From an uncultured Nitrososphaerota archaeon (GTDB lineage Archaea > Thermoproteota > EX4484-205 > JAAOZP01): a stretch of 64,000 nucleotides of DNA. The translations under genes were made by a program, and so were the position numbers. The stretch spans positions 32,077-96,076 of the forward strand of contig CAYQCW010000008.1 in the NCBI GenBank assembly GCA_964416155.1, in the 5' to 3' direction. The notes beneath the pieces were generated by a model that did no database searches, was not told the origin of the DNA, and saw only the letters and a list, made by a program, of their open reading frames with translations. Shown here in pieces: positions 1 through 9,988 of this stretch (its first letter is position 1; every line of letters begins with the position of its first letter).

Positions 1-1
1 T

Positions 2-2317
2 AAGAATAGTCTGAAAAATCTTGTTGAAAAATACGGTAAGAGGGGAGACATGGTTGCGCTTGCTCACGCGCACATAGACACCGCGTGGCTCTGGCCCTTC
101 GAGGAGACTAAGAGAAAGGTTTTCAGAACATTTTCCACAGTGTTAACTCTGATGGAGCATTATGATTTTAAGTATATTCAGAGCGCTGCCATATATTACG
201 ACTGGATCAAGAGCGATGAACCTTCGATCTTCGAGAGAGTCAGGGAGAAAATCACAGAGGGGAAGTGGATACTTGGAGCAGGCTGGGTGGAGTTCGACAC
301 TCAAATGATATCCGGCGAATCGCTGGCTAGACAACTCTTATATTCTCAAAGGTTTTACATTGAGAACTTCGGAAGAACCGCTGAGGTGCTCTGGCTTCCA
401 GACACTTTCGGATTTTCACCAACACTTCCTCAGGCAGCCAGGCTTGGAGGCGTTAAGGTTTTCGCAACCCATAAGGTATTCTGGAACGATACGAATACTT
501 TCCCCTACAACGTGTTCCTCTGGATTAGCCCAGACGACAGCAGGCTTAAGGCAGTAGCATTCGGCCACGGGAAGGGAGGCTATAACTCGGATTTCACAGC
601 GGACAGTGTTTACGAGCAGTGGCAAAACTGGGTTAACAGGGATCACCCTATGCTTTACTCGTACGGCTATGGGGACGGTGGAGGCGGGCCTACTGAAGAA
701 ATGCTTTTAAGGGCAGAGGCTGTAGACTCGCTCCCCATCCTGCCAAGGGTGGAGCTTAAGGGATCCTTGGATGTGGTGGTGCGCGACCCTGTTTCCGAAG
801 AATGGAGGGGGGAGCTCTATCTCGAGGATCACAGGGGTGTTTTCACGTCGCATTCCAAGATGAAGCTTTTAAACAGGAGGGCGGAGCTGTCTTTAAGGGA
901 GGCGGAAACATGGGCAACTTTTGCCGGAACCTATGATAAGGAAAAGTTTTCAAGCCTTTGGAAAACCCTGCTTAAAAACCAGTTTCACGACGTTCTGCCG
1001 GGCTCCTCTATAAGGGAGGTTTACAGCGAGGCTTATCCTGAGCTTGAAAAGGTGATTTCTCAGGCGGAGAGGATTGCTGGAGAAGCCATGAGTAAAATAG
1101 CGGGAGAGGGACGCACAAAACTGGTTTTCAACTCGCTACCTTGGGACAGGGAGGACTACGTGATTCTAGAGGAGGAAGTCGACGGGTCTCAGAGGGTTCC
1201 TGAAGGCTTCTTGCTGAGGGTTAGAGCACCTTCAGTTGGTTATGCTCCGCTCAACACTGCTCCAGCGACTCGTGTGAAAATTGCTGAGGAATATGATTCA
1301 TACCTGGTTGAGAACAGGTTCTTCACGGTAAGGATTTCGAAAAACGGAAGGCTGACTTCCATATGGGATAAGGAGGCGGGTAGAGAAATTTTGAAAAATC
1401 CCGGGAACAAGCTGGTTGCTTACGAGAATATCCCGGGGTGGGCTGATGCTTGGAACATTGAGAAGGGCTATAAGGAAACCTTTTTTGAAATAACTGCATC
1501 GAGAAGTTGGATTGTTAGCAAAGGCCCATTAATGGTGTCCTTATGCTTCACTTACCCATTTAGAGGGTCCGAGATCAAGCAGGAGGTTAGAATCTTCTCT
1601 GACTCTAGGAGGATCGATTTCAAAACCACTATTAACATGAGGGACAGGGAGCTGCTGGTTAAAACCTGGTTTTCTTTTGATGTGAACACGGATAAGGCTG
1701 TTTCAGATGTCCCGTTCGGAGTTACTGAAAGACCCACCACCAGGAATACTTCGTGGGAGAAGGCGAAATACGAGGTGGCGATGCATAAAATGGTTGATCT
1801 TTCTGAGCACGGCTACGGTGTAGCATTGTTGAATGATGGGAAATACGGGGTCTCCATAGAAGGCTCTTCAATAGGGCTTTCGCTGACAAAGACACCTGTC
1901 TTTCCAGATCCTTCGACGGACCTTGAGGAGACAGTCTTCACCTACTCGATATATCCTCACACTGGAGACTGGAAAGAGGCAGGAGTATTAAGGAGGGCAT
2001 ACGAGCTGAATGTTCCATTAAAAGTGATTGTAGGGAAGAAAAGTAGTAAAAGCTTCTTGAAAATAGGCTCTGACAACCTGATGCTTGAGGCTGTGAAAAC
2101 TCCTGAGGATGGTGAAGGTATTGTTTTAAGGCTTTACGAGTTCTATAATGCAAGGGGCAGGACGCGTATCGACCTTGCCACTAAGGTGCAGAGCGTGGAA
2201 TCCCTAGACCTGCTTGAATCGAATACGGTTAACAGGGATATTGGGACAGATAGAAATGGTCTGGAGTTTACGTATTGCAACAGGGAAATAATCACTTTAA
2301 AAATACGTGGACAGTGA
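2..2317 (+). CDS. GH38 alpha-mannosidase (5' end lies outside the window)
   Basis: HAHIDTAWLW, WLPDTFG, YGYGDGGGGP and NQFHDVLPGSSI GH38 motifs. The frame is open from position 2 (KNSLKNLVEKYGKRGDM), so the ATG at 50 is internal. Confidence 0.93.
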   Translation, partial: KNSLKNLVEKYGKRGDMVALAHAHIDTAWLWPFEETKRKVFRTFSTVLTLMEHYDFKYIQSAAIYYDWIKSDEPSIFERVREKITEGKWILGAGWVEFDTQMISGESLARQLLYSQRFYIENFGRTAEVLWLPDTFGFSPTLPQAARLGGVKVFATHKVFWNDTNTFPYNVFLWISPDDSRLKAVAFGHGKGGYNSDFTADSVYEQWQNWVNRDHPMLYSYGYGDGGGGPTEEMLLRAEAVDSLPILPRVELKGSLDVVVRDPVSEEWRGELYLEDHRGVFTSHSKMKLLNRRAELSLREAETWATFAGTYDKEKFSSLWKTLLKNQFHDVLPGSSIREVYSEAYPELEKVISQAERIAGEAMSKIAGEGRTKLVFNSLPWDREDYVILEEEVDGSQRVPEGFLLRVRAPSVGYAPLNTAPATRVKIAEEYDSYLVENRFFTVRISKNGRLTSIWDKEAGREILKNPGNKLVAYENIPGWADAWNIEKGYKETFFEITASRSWIVSKGPLMVSLCFTYPFRGSEIKQEVRIFSDSRRIDFKTTINMRDRELLVKTWFSFDVNTDKAVSDVPFGVTERPTTRNTSWEKAKYEVAMHKMVDLSEHGYGVALLNDGKYGVSIEGSSIGLSLTKTPVFPDPSTDLEETVFTYSIYPHTGDWKEAGVLRRAYELNVPLKVIVGKKSSKSFLKIGSDNLMLEAVKTPEDGEGIVLRLYEFYNARGRTRIDLATKVQSVESLDLLESNTVNRDIGTDRNGLEFTYCNREIITLKIRGQ

Positions 2318-2560
2318 TTCTTTCAGGCTTTCAGTCCTCCACACGGTGTAAAGCTCCCGTACAACATCTTTCTCAGCGCCGTCAAAGTTCCAGTATACTA
2401 GCCCATCGGCACAGCCGCGTGCCGCCGATTTAACACTCTCGCGAAGAACTCTCTACCGGTTACAGAGATGTTTGAAATACGTTCACCAGGCAGATAGTGT
2501 ACAAAGTCGCTGCGGAGGATTAGCATGACTGGCCATATTCCAGCATGAGATTTTCATTAG
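2318..2560 (-). pseudogene. C-terminal remnant of an unknown, possibly TIM-barrel, protein
   Basis: Minus strand reads AGIWPVMLILRSDFVHYLPGERIS, then after a frame break VLRESVKSAARGCADGLVYWNFDGAEKDVVRELY. Protein-like text, no start codon. Confidence 0.35.
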
Positions 2561-2631
2561 ACCTGCTTCTATTGAACTTGAAGGTAATCCTGAGAGCCTT
2601 GTCTCATCATAGTTCCGTGGCTGAACTATGG

Positions 2632-2641
2632 TGCGCGCGCT
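2632..2641. repeat. Intergenic GC palindrome (AGCGCGCGCT family)
   Basis: TGCGCGCGCT, directly after the CATAGTTC-N7-GAACTATG hairpin (2608-2630). Confidence 0.5.
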
Positions 2642-2691
2642 TCACGTAGAGAAAAGTAATTTTTAAATATCTGTTTTAACTTTCAGAAGCC

Positions 2692-5430
2692 ATGACCGGC
2701 TTGCCCATGGGAAACTGGGCGATGGAGAGACAAGTCGAAGGCTTTGCGTCAAACGTTAAGCTTCCTGTTAAACGCTCTGTTGCTCTTAATGACGACTGGA
2801 TGTTCGCGGTTGACCCTGAAGGAAAGCTTACTCTGGAGACTGTTCGCTCCGCGAAGGATGTGAGAAAAGCAAGGGCAGGCCTACCTTGGGAGGCACAGTT
2901 CTCCGACCTTATAGATTATGATGGGGTTGCGTGGTATTGGCGTAGCTTTAGCATTCCACGCATGCTGACAGGCAAGAGGGTCATCCTAAGGTTTGACGCT
3001 GCCGATTATGAGGCTAAAGTATGGTTGAACGGGGTGGAACTTGGCTCCCATGAGGGAGGCTACACTCCATTCGAATTCGAGGTAACAGGCATCGTGAAAC
3101 TCGACGGGGAGAATGAGCTTATGGTTAGGGTTTACGACCCTAAGGATTGCTCTGAAATCCCTAACGGTAAGCAGTCTCACTACTGTAATATCGGCGGCCT
3201 ATGGCAGGGGGTTAATCTCCTAATCAGGGAAAAGGTTTACGTACATTCAGCATTCATAGTGCCAGATGCTGATAATTCGAGGATTATGGTTCGTATAATT
3301 CTTTCTCACGCCGAAGAGGCTCCTGAGGAGGGTCTTAGACTAACCCTTAGGGTTTCTCCAGGCGGGGAGGAGAATGTCGTCAAAGTGGTTAAAGGCAAGC
3401 CTGTCTATGATGTTGAAATACCTATCCAGGGGGCGAGACTATGGTCTCCAGATTCTCCTTTCCTATATAGGCTTGAAATCCTTCTCTCCGGCGAAGGGGT
3501 TGACGACGCTTGTTTCACAGATTTCGGCGTGAGAAAGATTGAGGTGCGTGAGACCAGGATTCTCCTTAACGGCGAGCCAGTATACCTTATAGGGGCTCTC
3601 GACCAAGATTTCTACCCGGACGTAATATACGGCACGCCTTCCGATGAAATGCTTCGCAACCAGTTTCTCAAAGCCAAGGAGCTGGGGCTTAATTTTCTGA
3701 GGACACATATCAAGATCCCGTGTCCAAATTATCTTGAATGGGCGGATAGGCTTGGAATCATGCTTTGGATAGATTTCCCAAGTTTCTACAGGTTCACCGT
3801 GGAGGCGAGGGAAAGGATGAGGAGGCAGCTTGAAGAATGGGTTTGGAGGGATTTTAACCATCCGTCAGTCTTCTGCTGGTGTCTGGTGAACGAGGAGTGG
3901 GGTGTTCCGCTTGCTGAAGACGAGGAGGCGAGAAGATGGCTTAAGGACATGTGGCGTACAGTTAAAAGGCTTGACCCAACTAGGCTTGTTGTTGACAATT
4001 CTCCTGCGAACGCGGGGCACGTTGCAAGCGATATTGAGGACCAGCATGTCTACATGGCTATACCCGACCATGCTCGCGAGTTCGAAAACTGGGTGAATGA
4101 TTTTTCTAAACACCCGGCTTGGACGTTCAGGTTTCCAGAGTCCGAGAGAAGGAGGTTCGAACCCCTGATGGTTTCAGAGTTCGGCAACTGGGGGCTTCCA
4201 GATGTTGAAGAAATCCTTCGCTACTACAATTGGAGGGACCCGTACTGGTTTAACCAAGCGAGCTACGGCGGGCCAATCCGTACTGGCGTTAACGAGTTCT
4301 TCAGGCTAGGGCTGGACGAGGTTTACGGCTCGTTGAGGAATCTGGCGGAAGCCACTCAAAAACATCAGCTCGACTCTCTCAAGTTCGAGATTGAAACAAT
4401 GAGGCTTCACCCTGAGATAATTGGCTACGTCATAACCCAGTTTACAGACTTGAACAGTGAGAGCAATGGACTCATGGACATGTGTAGGGGGGAGAAGATT
4501 CTACACCGTTTCCTGAGATTCTTTCAAGCACAGGATGTTGTCGTAATAAGGCCTGGAAAATGGAGCTATCTTGAGGGCGAGGAAGCCAAGGTGAAAATCT
4601 ACGTTTCCAGGTTTTCAGCCATTGAGCCGAAAGCTGTGGAATGGTGGGTTGAGAACACTCCGGTAGGCGGAGTGTTGAAGTCGGTGAGCGTTGAGAGGGC
4701 TTGCTGCACAGAGGTAGGGGAAGCGAGTTTCAGGATTCCGGAAACAGGGTTTCCTGGCAAGCTAACCATATGGGCAAGGCTGCTCGACGATTATGGAAGA
4801 GAAACCTGCCGAAACTACCAAGAGATCCTGGTTCTTCCGTCTCAATCCGTGAGGAACAGTGGAAAAATCAGCGTATTCGGCGCTGACGAAAACTTTATGG
4901 AGAAAATTAGGGAGATAGGCCTAACCGTCGTTGAGCCCAGCGGGGTCAGCGTAGCCGTTTCTCTAGGGGTTAATAAAGACGCTATCGTTTTTGCTGAGAA
5001 AGGTGGTAGAGTGCTCTTCCTGCTTGAAGACTGTGAGGCAGGGTCCACCATATTAGGCGGAATCCGGCTTGTAGATAGGAGGGAAAAAGGCCGCTGGGGA
5101 GACTGGTGCACAGCATTCCTCTGGCTCAAGAAGGAGGCCGCGGGTAGGCTATTCTACGAGGGCCACTTGGGGATGCCGTTTATAGAGTGTATCCCCAATA
5201 TGGTTCTGGAGGGGTTGAGTCTTAAGGACGTTAGGAAAGCTTTCGGAGGAGTTTTCGTCGGCTGGATGCGGGAGCCAGCTGCCGCAATACTCCCAGTAAA
5301 AACGTGGGCAGGGCTCACTGTTCTCTGCACCTTCAGGCTGGTGAAAAACCTTGTTAAGGATCCGGTTTCAACCGCACTGTTCTGCTCGCTGATCGACCTA
5401 ATGTTTTCAGAGAAGCTTAACAGCGTGTAA
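2692..5430 (+). CDS. GH2 glycoside hydrolase (beta-galactosidase/beta-glucuronidase family)
   Basis: Sugar-binding N-domain (WYWRSF, GSHEGGYTPF), RTHIK, NHPSVFCWCLVNEEWG (acid/base) and VSEFG (nucleophile). Confidence 0.9.
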   Translation: MTGLPMGNWAMERQVEGFASNVKLPVKRSVALNDDWMFAVDPEGKLTLETVRSAKDVRKARAGLPWEAQFSDLIDYDGVAWYWRSFSIPRMLTGKRVILRFDAADYEAKVWLNGVELGSHEGGYTPFEFEVTGIVKLDGENELMVRVYDPKDCSEIPNGKQSHYCNIGGLWQGVNLLIREKVYVHSAFIVPDADNSRIMVRIILSHAEEAPEEGLRLTLRVSPGGEENVVKVVKGKPVYDVEIPIQGARLWSPDSPFLYRLEILLSGEGVDDACFTDFGVRKIEVRETRILLNGEPVYLIGALDQDFYPDVIYGTPSDEMLRNQFLKAKELGLNFLRTHIKIPCPNYLEWADRLGIMLWIDFPSFYRFTVEARERMRRQLEEWVWRDFNHPSVFCWCLVNEEWGVPLAEDEEARRWLKDMWRTVKRLDPTRLVVDNSPANAGHVASDIEDQHVYMAIPDHAREFENWVNDFSKHPAWTFRFPESERRRFEPLMVSEFGNWGLPDVEEILRYYNWRDPYWFNQASYGGPIRTGVNEFFRLGLDEVYGSLRNLAEATQKHQLDSLKFEIETMRLHPEIIGYVITQFTDLNSESNGLMDMCRGEKILHRFLRFFQAQDVVVIRPGKWSYLEGEEAKVKIYVSRFSAIEPKAVEWWVENTPVGGVLKSVSVERACCTEVGEASFRIPETGFPGKLTIWARLLDDYGRETCRNYQEILVLPSQSVRNSGKISVFGADENFMEKIREIGLTVVEPSGVSVAVSLGVNKDAIVFAEKGGRVLFLLEDCEAGSTILGGIRLVDRREKGRWGDWCTAFLWLKKEAAGRLFYEGHLGMPFIECIPNMVLEGLSLKDVRKAFGGVFVGWMREPAAAILPVKTWAGLTVLCTFRLVKNLVKDPVSTALFCSLIDLMFSEKLNSV

Positions 5431-5499
5431 CATGCGGGACCCATGCTTAGGAGTACTACAGGCTTTAAACACTGTAACCGTCGTGAAACATTCGGATGG

Positions 5500-6927
5500 T
5501 TAGAAAGACAGCAATACTTGCCAGATGAACAAGTATCCTAGTGATTCGATTTCCTCCCAGACTCTTCTAAAGAGTCCCTCATCTCCAGAGATTGCTTCAA
5601 TCTCTCTGCGTTTCTCATCCCAAGGCATACATACTCCCGGTTTTACTTTCAGACTCTTAAGCCCTGTTACAGGCTTTCCCTCAAAAGATTCCTCCCCCCG
5701 CTGAGGGTTTTTCGAGCATTCAGAGCCCCCTTCTTCATATTTTCCATAGCAACGTGTAAACTCAGTCATCGCCTTCAAGTTTTCAACCTTAGCATCATTC
5801 TGAATTATGGCTGACGCATCCATGATGTATCCTCCGTCTGAAGCAATGCTGTCGATGATTTTCTTACAGTAGCGACGCACCTCGTCGGGTGTTCCAAGAG
5901 TAAGTAGCCAGTTGGGCAGGCCCCCGCTCAGACAGAACTTATGTCCAAGTTTCCTATGCGCCTTGAAAATATTGCTCCTGTCGATATGGAAGACTATGCT
6001 GCCCTCCTGCAATTCGGCAAAGCTATCCAAGTGCGGGGTCCAGTCTCCCTCCGCGTAGAAAAGCACCCTGAGCCCATGGGACCAGAGTTCCTCAATAATG
6101 GGTTTCAGCGTGCGCCAGTGAATGGTCAAAAAATGGTTCATATTGATGAACGGCACTGCACTGCGATGCATCCAGAAGCCTACTGGAACCTTTTTCTCCG
6201 GGTCGGCAGTCATGCGAGCAACCTGAGTCAAATGCGGGGCAAGGGCTTCACATGCTTCAAGCACCTTCTCAGGCTGCCTATGAAGATCCTTAGCTAAACC
6301 AATATATCCACGAAGCTTGTCTGCGATAATGTCAAGCGGGGCTTTGAGTATGCCTGCTATGGCGGAAACGGTTCCAGCCTCCCTCCTCATTCTTTCAACC
6401 TGAGGCCCGAAAGCGTTAAAATAATCGCTCATCGCCATAGCCCCTTTCACGAGAGCAAGCATGCTTCGATACGAGGGTTGCAACCCTTCTCTAGAAATCT
6501 CGCTAGAGACACGCGGCAGCCATATGTTATAAAGGAATGCAGTCGGGTCGTCTATCAACAAGTTATACTCCTCAGGCTTCATGAATGCCTTCTGTTCAGG
6601 CGGCTCAAGATACTGGAATGCCGTGTCAGGAGGGATGTCGATACCAGGTATAGCGTAGTATTTCAGGCCAAGGGCCTGTGTAAGGCCTGTCCACACATAG
6701 ACCATGTTGGCGACCATCGCATCCCAGTCGAAATCTCTAGCACACTTTAAAACAGCGTCAAAAGCCTTCCCGTAATCATGTGTAACCTCTTGACAAGTAT
6801 AGCCCGCGTATTTTGCTGTAAACTCTGCTACAAAGGGGCGGATCGGAATGCAATCCGGTTTCTCGTTGCGCATAGCAGTTAAGTAGCGTTTCAACCGCTC
6901 TTGGTAAAGATGTTCTTTTTCACTCAC
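5500..6927 (-). CDS. Uroporphyrinogen decarboxylase-like / methyltransferase (URO-D superfamily)
   Basis: N-terminal 'RYLTAMRNEKPDCIP' and C-terminal 'GTPDEVRRYCKKIID...GGYIMD' typical of the URO-D/MtaA fold. Confidence 0.8.
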   Translation of the reverse strand: MSEKEHLYQERLKRYLTAMRNEKPDCIPIRPFVAEFTAKYAGYTCQEVTHDYGKAFDAVLKCARDFDWDAMVANMVYVWTGLTQALGLKYYAIPGIDIPPDTAFQYLEPPEQKAFMKPEEYNLLIDDPTAFLYNIWLPRVSSEISREGLQPSYRSMLALVKGAMAMSDYFNAFGPQVERMRREAGTVSAIAGILKAPLDIIADKLRGYIGLAKDLHRQPEKVLEACEALAPHLTQVARMTADPEKKVPVGFWMHRSAVPFINMNHFLTIHWRTLKPIIEELWSHGLRVLFYAEGDWTPHLDSFAELQEGSIVFHIDRSNIFKAHRKLGHKFCLSGGLPNWLLTLGTPDEVRRYCKKIIDSIASDGGYIMDASAIIQNDAKVENLKAMTEFTRCYGKYEEGGSECSKNPQRGEESFEGKPVTGLKSLKVKPGVCMPWDEKRREIEAISGDEGLFRRVWEEIESLGYLFIWQVLLSF

Positions 6928-6992
6928 CCCGCTCCCTCCTCCGCTTGAATGTAGGTATGAGCATTATCCTTAAATGTTTATCTAAGCGTAGA

Positions 6993-7039
6993 AAAACAGA
7001 ATCAACACTGTTTTGGCAACTGCTGTTAGAGTTAACAGC
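6993..7039. promoter_or_regulatory. Two inverted repeats in a divergent promoter (candidate operators)
   Basis: AAAACAG-N8-CTGTTTT (6993-7014) and GCTGTTA-N4-TAACAGC (7022-7039) share an AACAG core and lie between the divergent 6927 and 7096 starts. Confidence 0.35.
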
Positions 7040-7095
7040 CAAAAACTTTAAAGGAAAGATTAAATATCATTTAAAAGTTCTTTAAGACCAGATGA

Positions 7096-7929
7096 ATGAT
7101 GGGAAGCCTGAAGATAGGTTTAGCATTATGGTCGTTAGGGCCAACTAGGAATGAGACTGAGTTTAAGGCTGCTCTCGAAACAGCAAGAGAAATCAGTGTT
7201 CAGGGTGTTCAACTCTGGTGCGTCGACTATTCTCCCTCGGAACCCTGCTTCTTGGATCCAGATAGGTGCATAGGCAGTGAAAGAAGAAGGGTTAAGGAAA
7301 CCGTGGAATCCTATGGGCTTAAGATAACGGGGTTCTGCGCCCAACTCACCGGGCCCATGGACCCCGGCATGCCGTGGCCTGGTTCCGCCCTCGGCGATCC
7401 AAGGGGCCTTGAGAAGAGGGTTGAAAAAACCATGAGGGCCCTGGAGCTTGCCTCAGACATGGGCTCCGCAATAGTCACAACCCATCCCGGAGAAATACCT
7501 TCAGACAGTTCAAGCAAAAAGTATGCAATTATGCTTAACTCCTGCAAGACGCTGGCGAGACACGCTAAGCAGGTTGGAGCCGTATTTTGCATAGAGACTG
7601 GGCAGGAGAGCGCTGAAGTCCTCAGACGTCTTCTTGAGGATGTTGGGAGCGAAGGGTTAAAGGTAAACTATGACCCTGCCAACATGCTTAAGTATGGCGT
7701 GGTCGAGGGTGTTAGAATCCTGGCCCCATGGATTGTGCATACTCACGCTAAGGACTTCAACCCGGTAACAAAGCGGGCAACAGTCGGCGAAGGCCTTGTG
7801 CCTTGGGACGACTATATAGCCACGCTTAAATCGGTAAACTATTCGGGATGGTTTGCAATTGAGGATGAAACCGGTATAGATGTTGCAGAGTCTATTAAAC
7901 GGGGCAAAGCGTTCTTGGAAAAATACTGA
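7096..7929 (+). CDS. Sugar phosphate isomerase/epimerase (xylose isomerase-like TIM barrel)
   Basis: IETGQE, NYDPAN, HTHAKD, VGEGLVPW and IEDE metal-binding motifs. Confidence 0.88.
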   Translation: MMGSLKIGLALWSLGPTRNETEFKAALETAREISVQGVQLWCVDYSPSEPCFLDPDRCIGSERRRVKETVESYGLKITGFCAQLTGPMDPGMPWPGSALGDPRGLEKRVEKTMRALELASDMGSAIVTTHPGEIPSDSSSKKYAIMLNSCKTLARHAKQVGAVFCIETGQESAEVLRRLLEDVGSEGLKVNYDPANMLKYGVVEGVRILAPWIVHTHAKDFNPVTKRATVGEGLVPWDDYIATLKSVNYSGWFAIEDETGIDVAESIKRGKAFLEKY

Positions 7930-7951
7930 AAGATGAACATTATACCATGAG

Positions 7952-7961
7952 AGCGCGCGCT
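7952..7961. repeat. Intergenic GC palindrome AGCGCGCGCT
   Basis: Perfect 10-bp palindrome in a 50-bp gap between convergent genes. Confidence 0.6.
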
Positions 7962-7979
7962 AATTCTGGCTCACGTCTT

Positions 7980-9131
7980 TCAGAAGGTTGAGGAAACCCT
8001 CAGGCGACTGCCTGTTCTCGAAGACTGTATCGCCTTTATCATTATTTCGCTGACGTGCATGCCCCATTTTAGACTCGGTAGGGGCTCCTTATCGTTCAGT
8101 ATGCAGTCGAAAAAGTGCTCCGTGGAAGCCTTATAATAGTTCCAAGGCGGAAAATCCTGCTCGGGTATACAGTACCAGCCGTCCGGCGAGTAATACTTGC
8201 TATCCTTGCGCTTCGTCATGACAGATATTGCCGCCGGCCCGCCTATGAGCATAGCGCCCTCGCTCCCGTAGATCTCTATGTCAGGCATGTTTCCAATACC
8301 TGTCCTGAGGCCGTCAGGAGTTACGAAGTTCGCAATGATACACCCTAGGCTTCCGCTTCTCATGTTGAGCAGTGTAAACGTGTTGTCCTCCGCCCCCATC
8401 TTTATCCGTTTAGTTGGCTTCGCGGTTGCAAGCTTCTGCCAGAAGGGCTCGTAAGGCTTATGGGAAAGATGCTCCGTGAAAAGTTCTTCCGGAACTATGA
8501 ATCTATCCGGTATAGATGTCTTCGCCATTCCCGATACTGAGGAAACAGGGCCAAGGAGAAAGGTTAGCGCAGCTATCGGGTATACGCCGAGGTCGAAAAG
8601 AGGACCCCCGGCTTGCCTAGTGAAGAAGGTTTCCTCCCCCCAAGTCGGTGCTCCTCTCCCCAGCCCTGCTCTAAACCAGTAGACCTCCCCAATGGTTTCC
8701 TCCTCCAGCATGCTTTTAGCCTTCAAGTACAGTGGATTCATCTGGACGTTCGGCTCGACAAGCGCCTTGACACCTGTTTTCTTAACCGCATTTAACACCT
8801 TCCTCGCATCCCTCATATTTGTAGCTAAGGGTTTCTGAATCAAGACGTGTTTCCCAGCTCTCGCCGCCCTCGCCGCCTGATCCGCATGCATACCCATGCC
8901 TGACAGTACGAAAACAGCGTCAATATCGGATTTCCTCAGCATCTCGTCAACATCTGTATAACATTCTTTAGCGCCCCACAGCTCCATGCTTCTCCTAGCC
9001 CTCTCCTTAATCCTGTCGCATGTTGCCACCAGCTCGCCTTTCTCAACTATCGCTGGGAAATAGGCCTCGTTAGCGATAACTCCACACCCTACAACACCGC
9101 ATTTCACCCTCTTATCCCCCATTCTCCTCAT
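7980..9131 (-). CDS. Gfo/Idh/MocA family NAD(P)-dependent oxidoreductase
   Basis: GVVGCGVIA Rossmann motif, GKHVLIQKPLA, GGPLFDLGVY. Confidence 0.9.
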   Translation of the reverse strand: MRRMGDKRVKCGVVGCGVIANEAYFPAIVEKGELVATCDRIKERARRSMELWGAKECYTDVDEMLRKSDIDAVFVLSGMGMHADQAARAARAGKHVLIQKPLATNMRDARKVLNAVKKTGVKALVEPNVQMNPLYLKAKSMLEEETIGEVYWFRAGLGRGAPTWGEETFFTRQAGGPLFDLGVYPIAALTFLLGPVSSVSGMAKTSIPDRFIVPEELFTEHLSHKPYEPFWQKLATAKPTKRIKMGAEDNTFTLLNMRSGSLGCIIANFVTPDGLRTGIGNMPDIEIYGSEGAMLIGGPAAISVMTKRKDSKYYSPDGWYCIPEQDFPPWNYYKASTEHFFDCILNDKEPLPSLKWGMHVSEIMIKAIQSSRTGSRLRVSSTF

Positions 9132-9259
9132 CCTTCACAGGTTAATATGGAGGATTTATTTAAAGCTATATAGTTATTAGCGACAATTGTTTAAACCCTT
9201 TACACTCCTTCGGATACAGTACTAAAAAATTTAAGAAGAATTCTGAAAAGAGAAAATCC

Positions 9260-9988
9260 ATGAAGATGAAGTACGAGGAAATGACTCCGAAAGAGTTTCT
9301 GGAGGCAGTTGAAAAGCTGCCTGTTTTCATAGTTCCGACAGGTCTTCTCGAATGGCACGGTGACCATCTTCCTCTTGGACAGGATGCGTTGAAGGCCTAC
9401 GGCATATGTCTGCGGGTTGCTGAGAGGCTTGGAGGAGGAATAGTTCTTCCACCCAACTATTGGGGAAGACCCGGCTTTTCAACGTATGTTGGGACCCTAA
9501 CCTTCAGCGACGGGTTGATTCGAACCCTCTTCTGGGAGCTTTTTGAACAACTCAGGAAGGTCGGGGCGAAGTTGATACTGGTTGTTACAGGTCACTATGG
9601 TCCTTGCCAGGTCGATTGCCTTAAGGGGGTGGCAGAGGATTTCAACAGGTGCCACCCAGACGTTTGCATCATGGTCCAGCCCGAATACGAGGGCGTCGAG
9701 ATTAACGGGGAGGTGCCTGCAGACCACGCCGGCAAGTGGGAGACTTCCATGTTCTGGTACATGTTTCCTCAGCTTGCAGCACTTAAGGAATTCAAGCCAG
9801 GGAGGATCGAGGTGCATACCTATCCCAATGCGCCGTACAACTATTATCGTGAAAGTCAAGTATGGGAGTGGAAGGAGGATATTAGGATGGTTTCCTCCCC
9901 GGAGCTTGGGAGAAAGGCTGTAGAAATTATCGTAGACCACCTGACTGAACTGGTTAAACGAAAGCTGGAAGAGCTGAAAGGACCCTGA
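9260..9988 (+). CDS. Creatininase family amidohydrolase
   Basis: LEWHGDHLPLGQD, TGHYG, DHAGKWETS. Confidence 0.88.
   Translation: MKMKYEEMTPKEFLEAVEKLPVFIVPTGLLEWHGDHLPLGQDALKAYGICLRVAERLGGGIVLPPNYWGRPGFSTYVGTLTFSDGLIRTLFWELFEQLRKVGAKLILVVTGHYGPCQVDCLKGVAEDFNRCHPDVCIMVQPEYEGVEINGEVPADHAGKWETSMFWYMFPQLAALKEFKPGRIEVHTYPNAPYNYYRESQVWEWKEDIRMVSSPELGRKAVEIIVDHLTELVKRKLEELKGP

Noticed and set aside
50-52. ATG at 50 as the GH38 start
   Set aside because: The frame is open to the window edge and the GH38 N-terminal region is missing.
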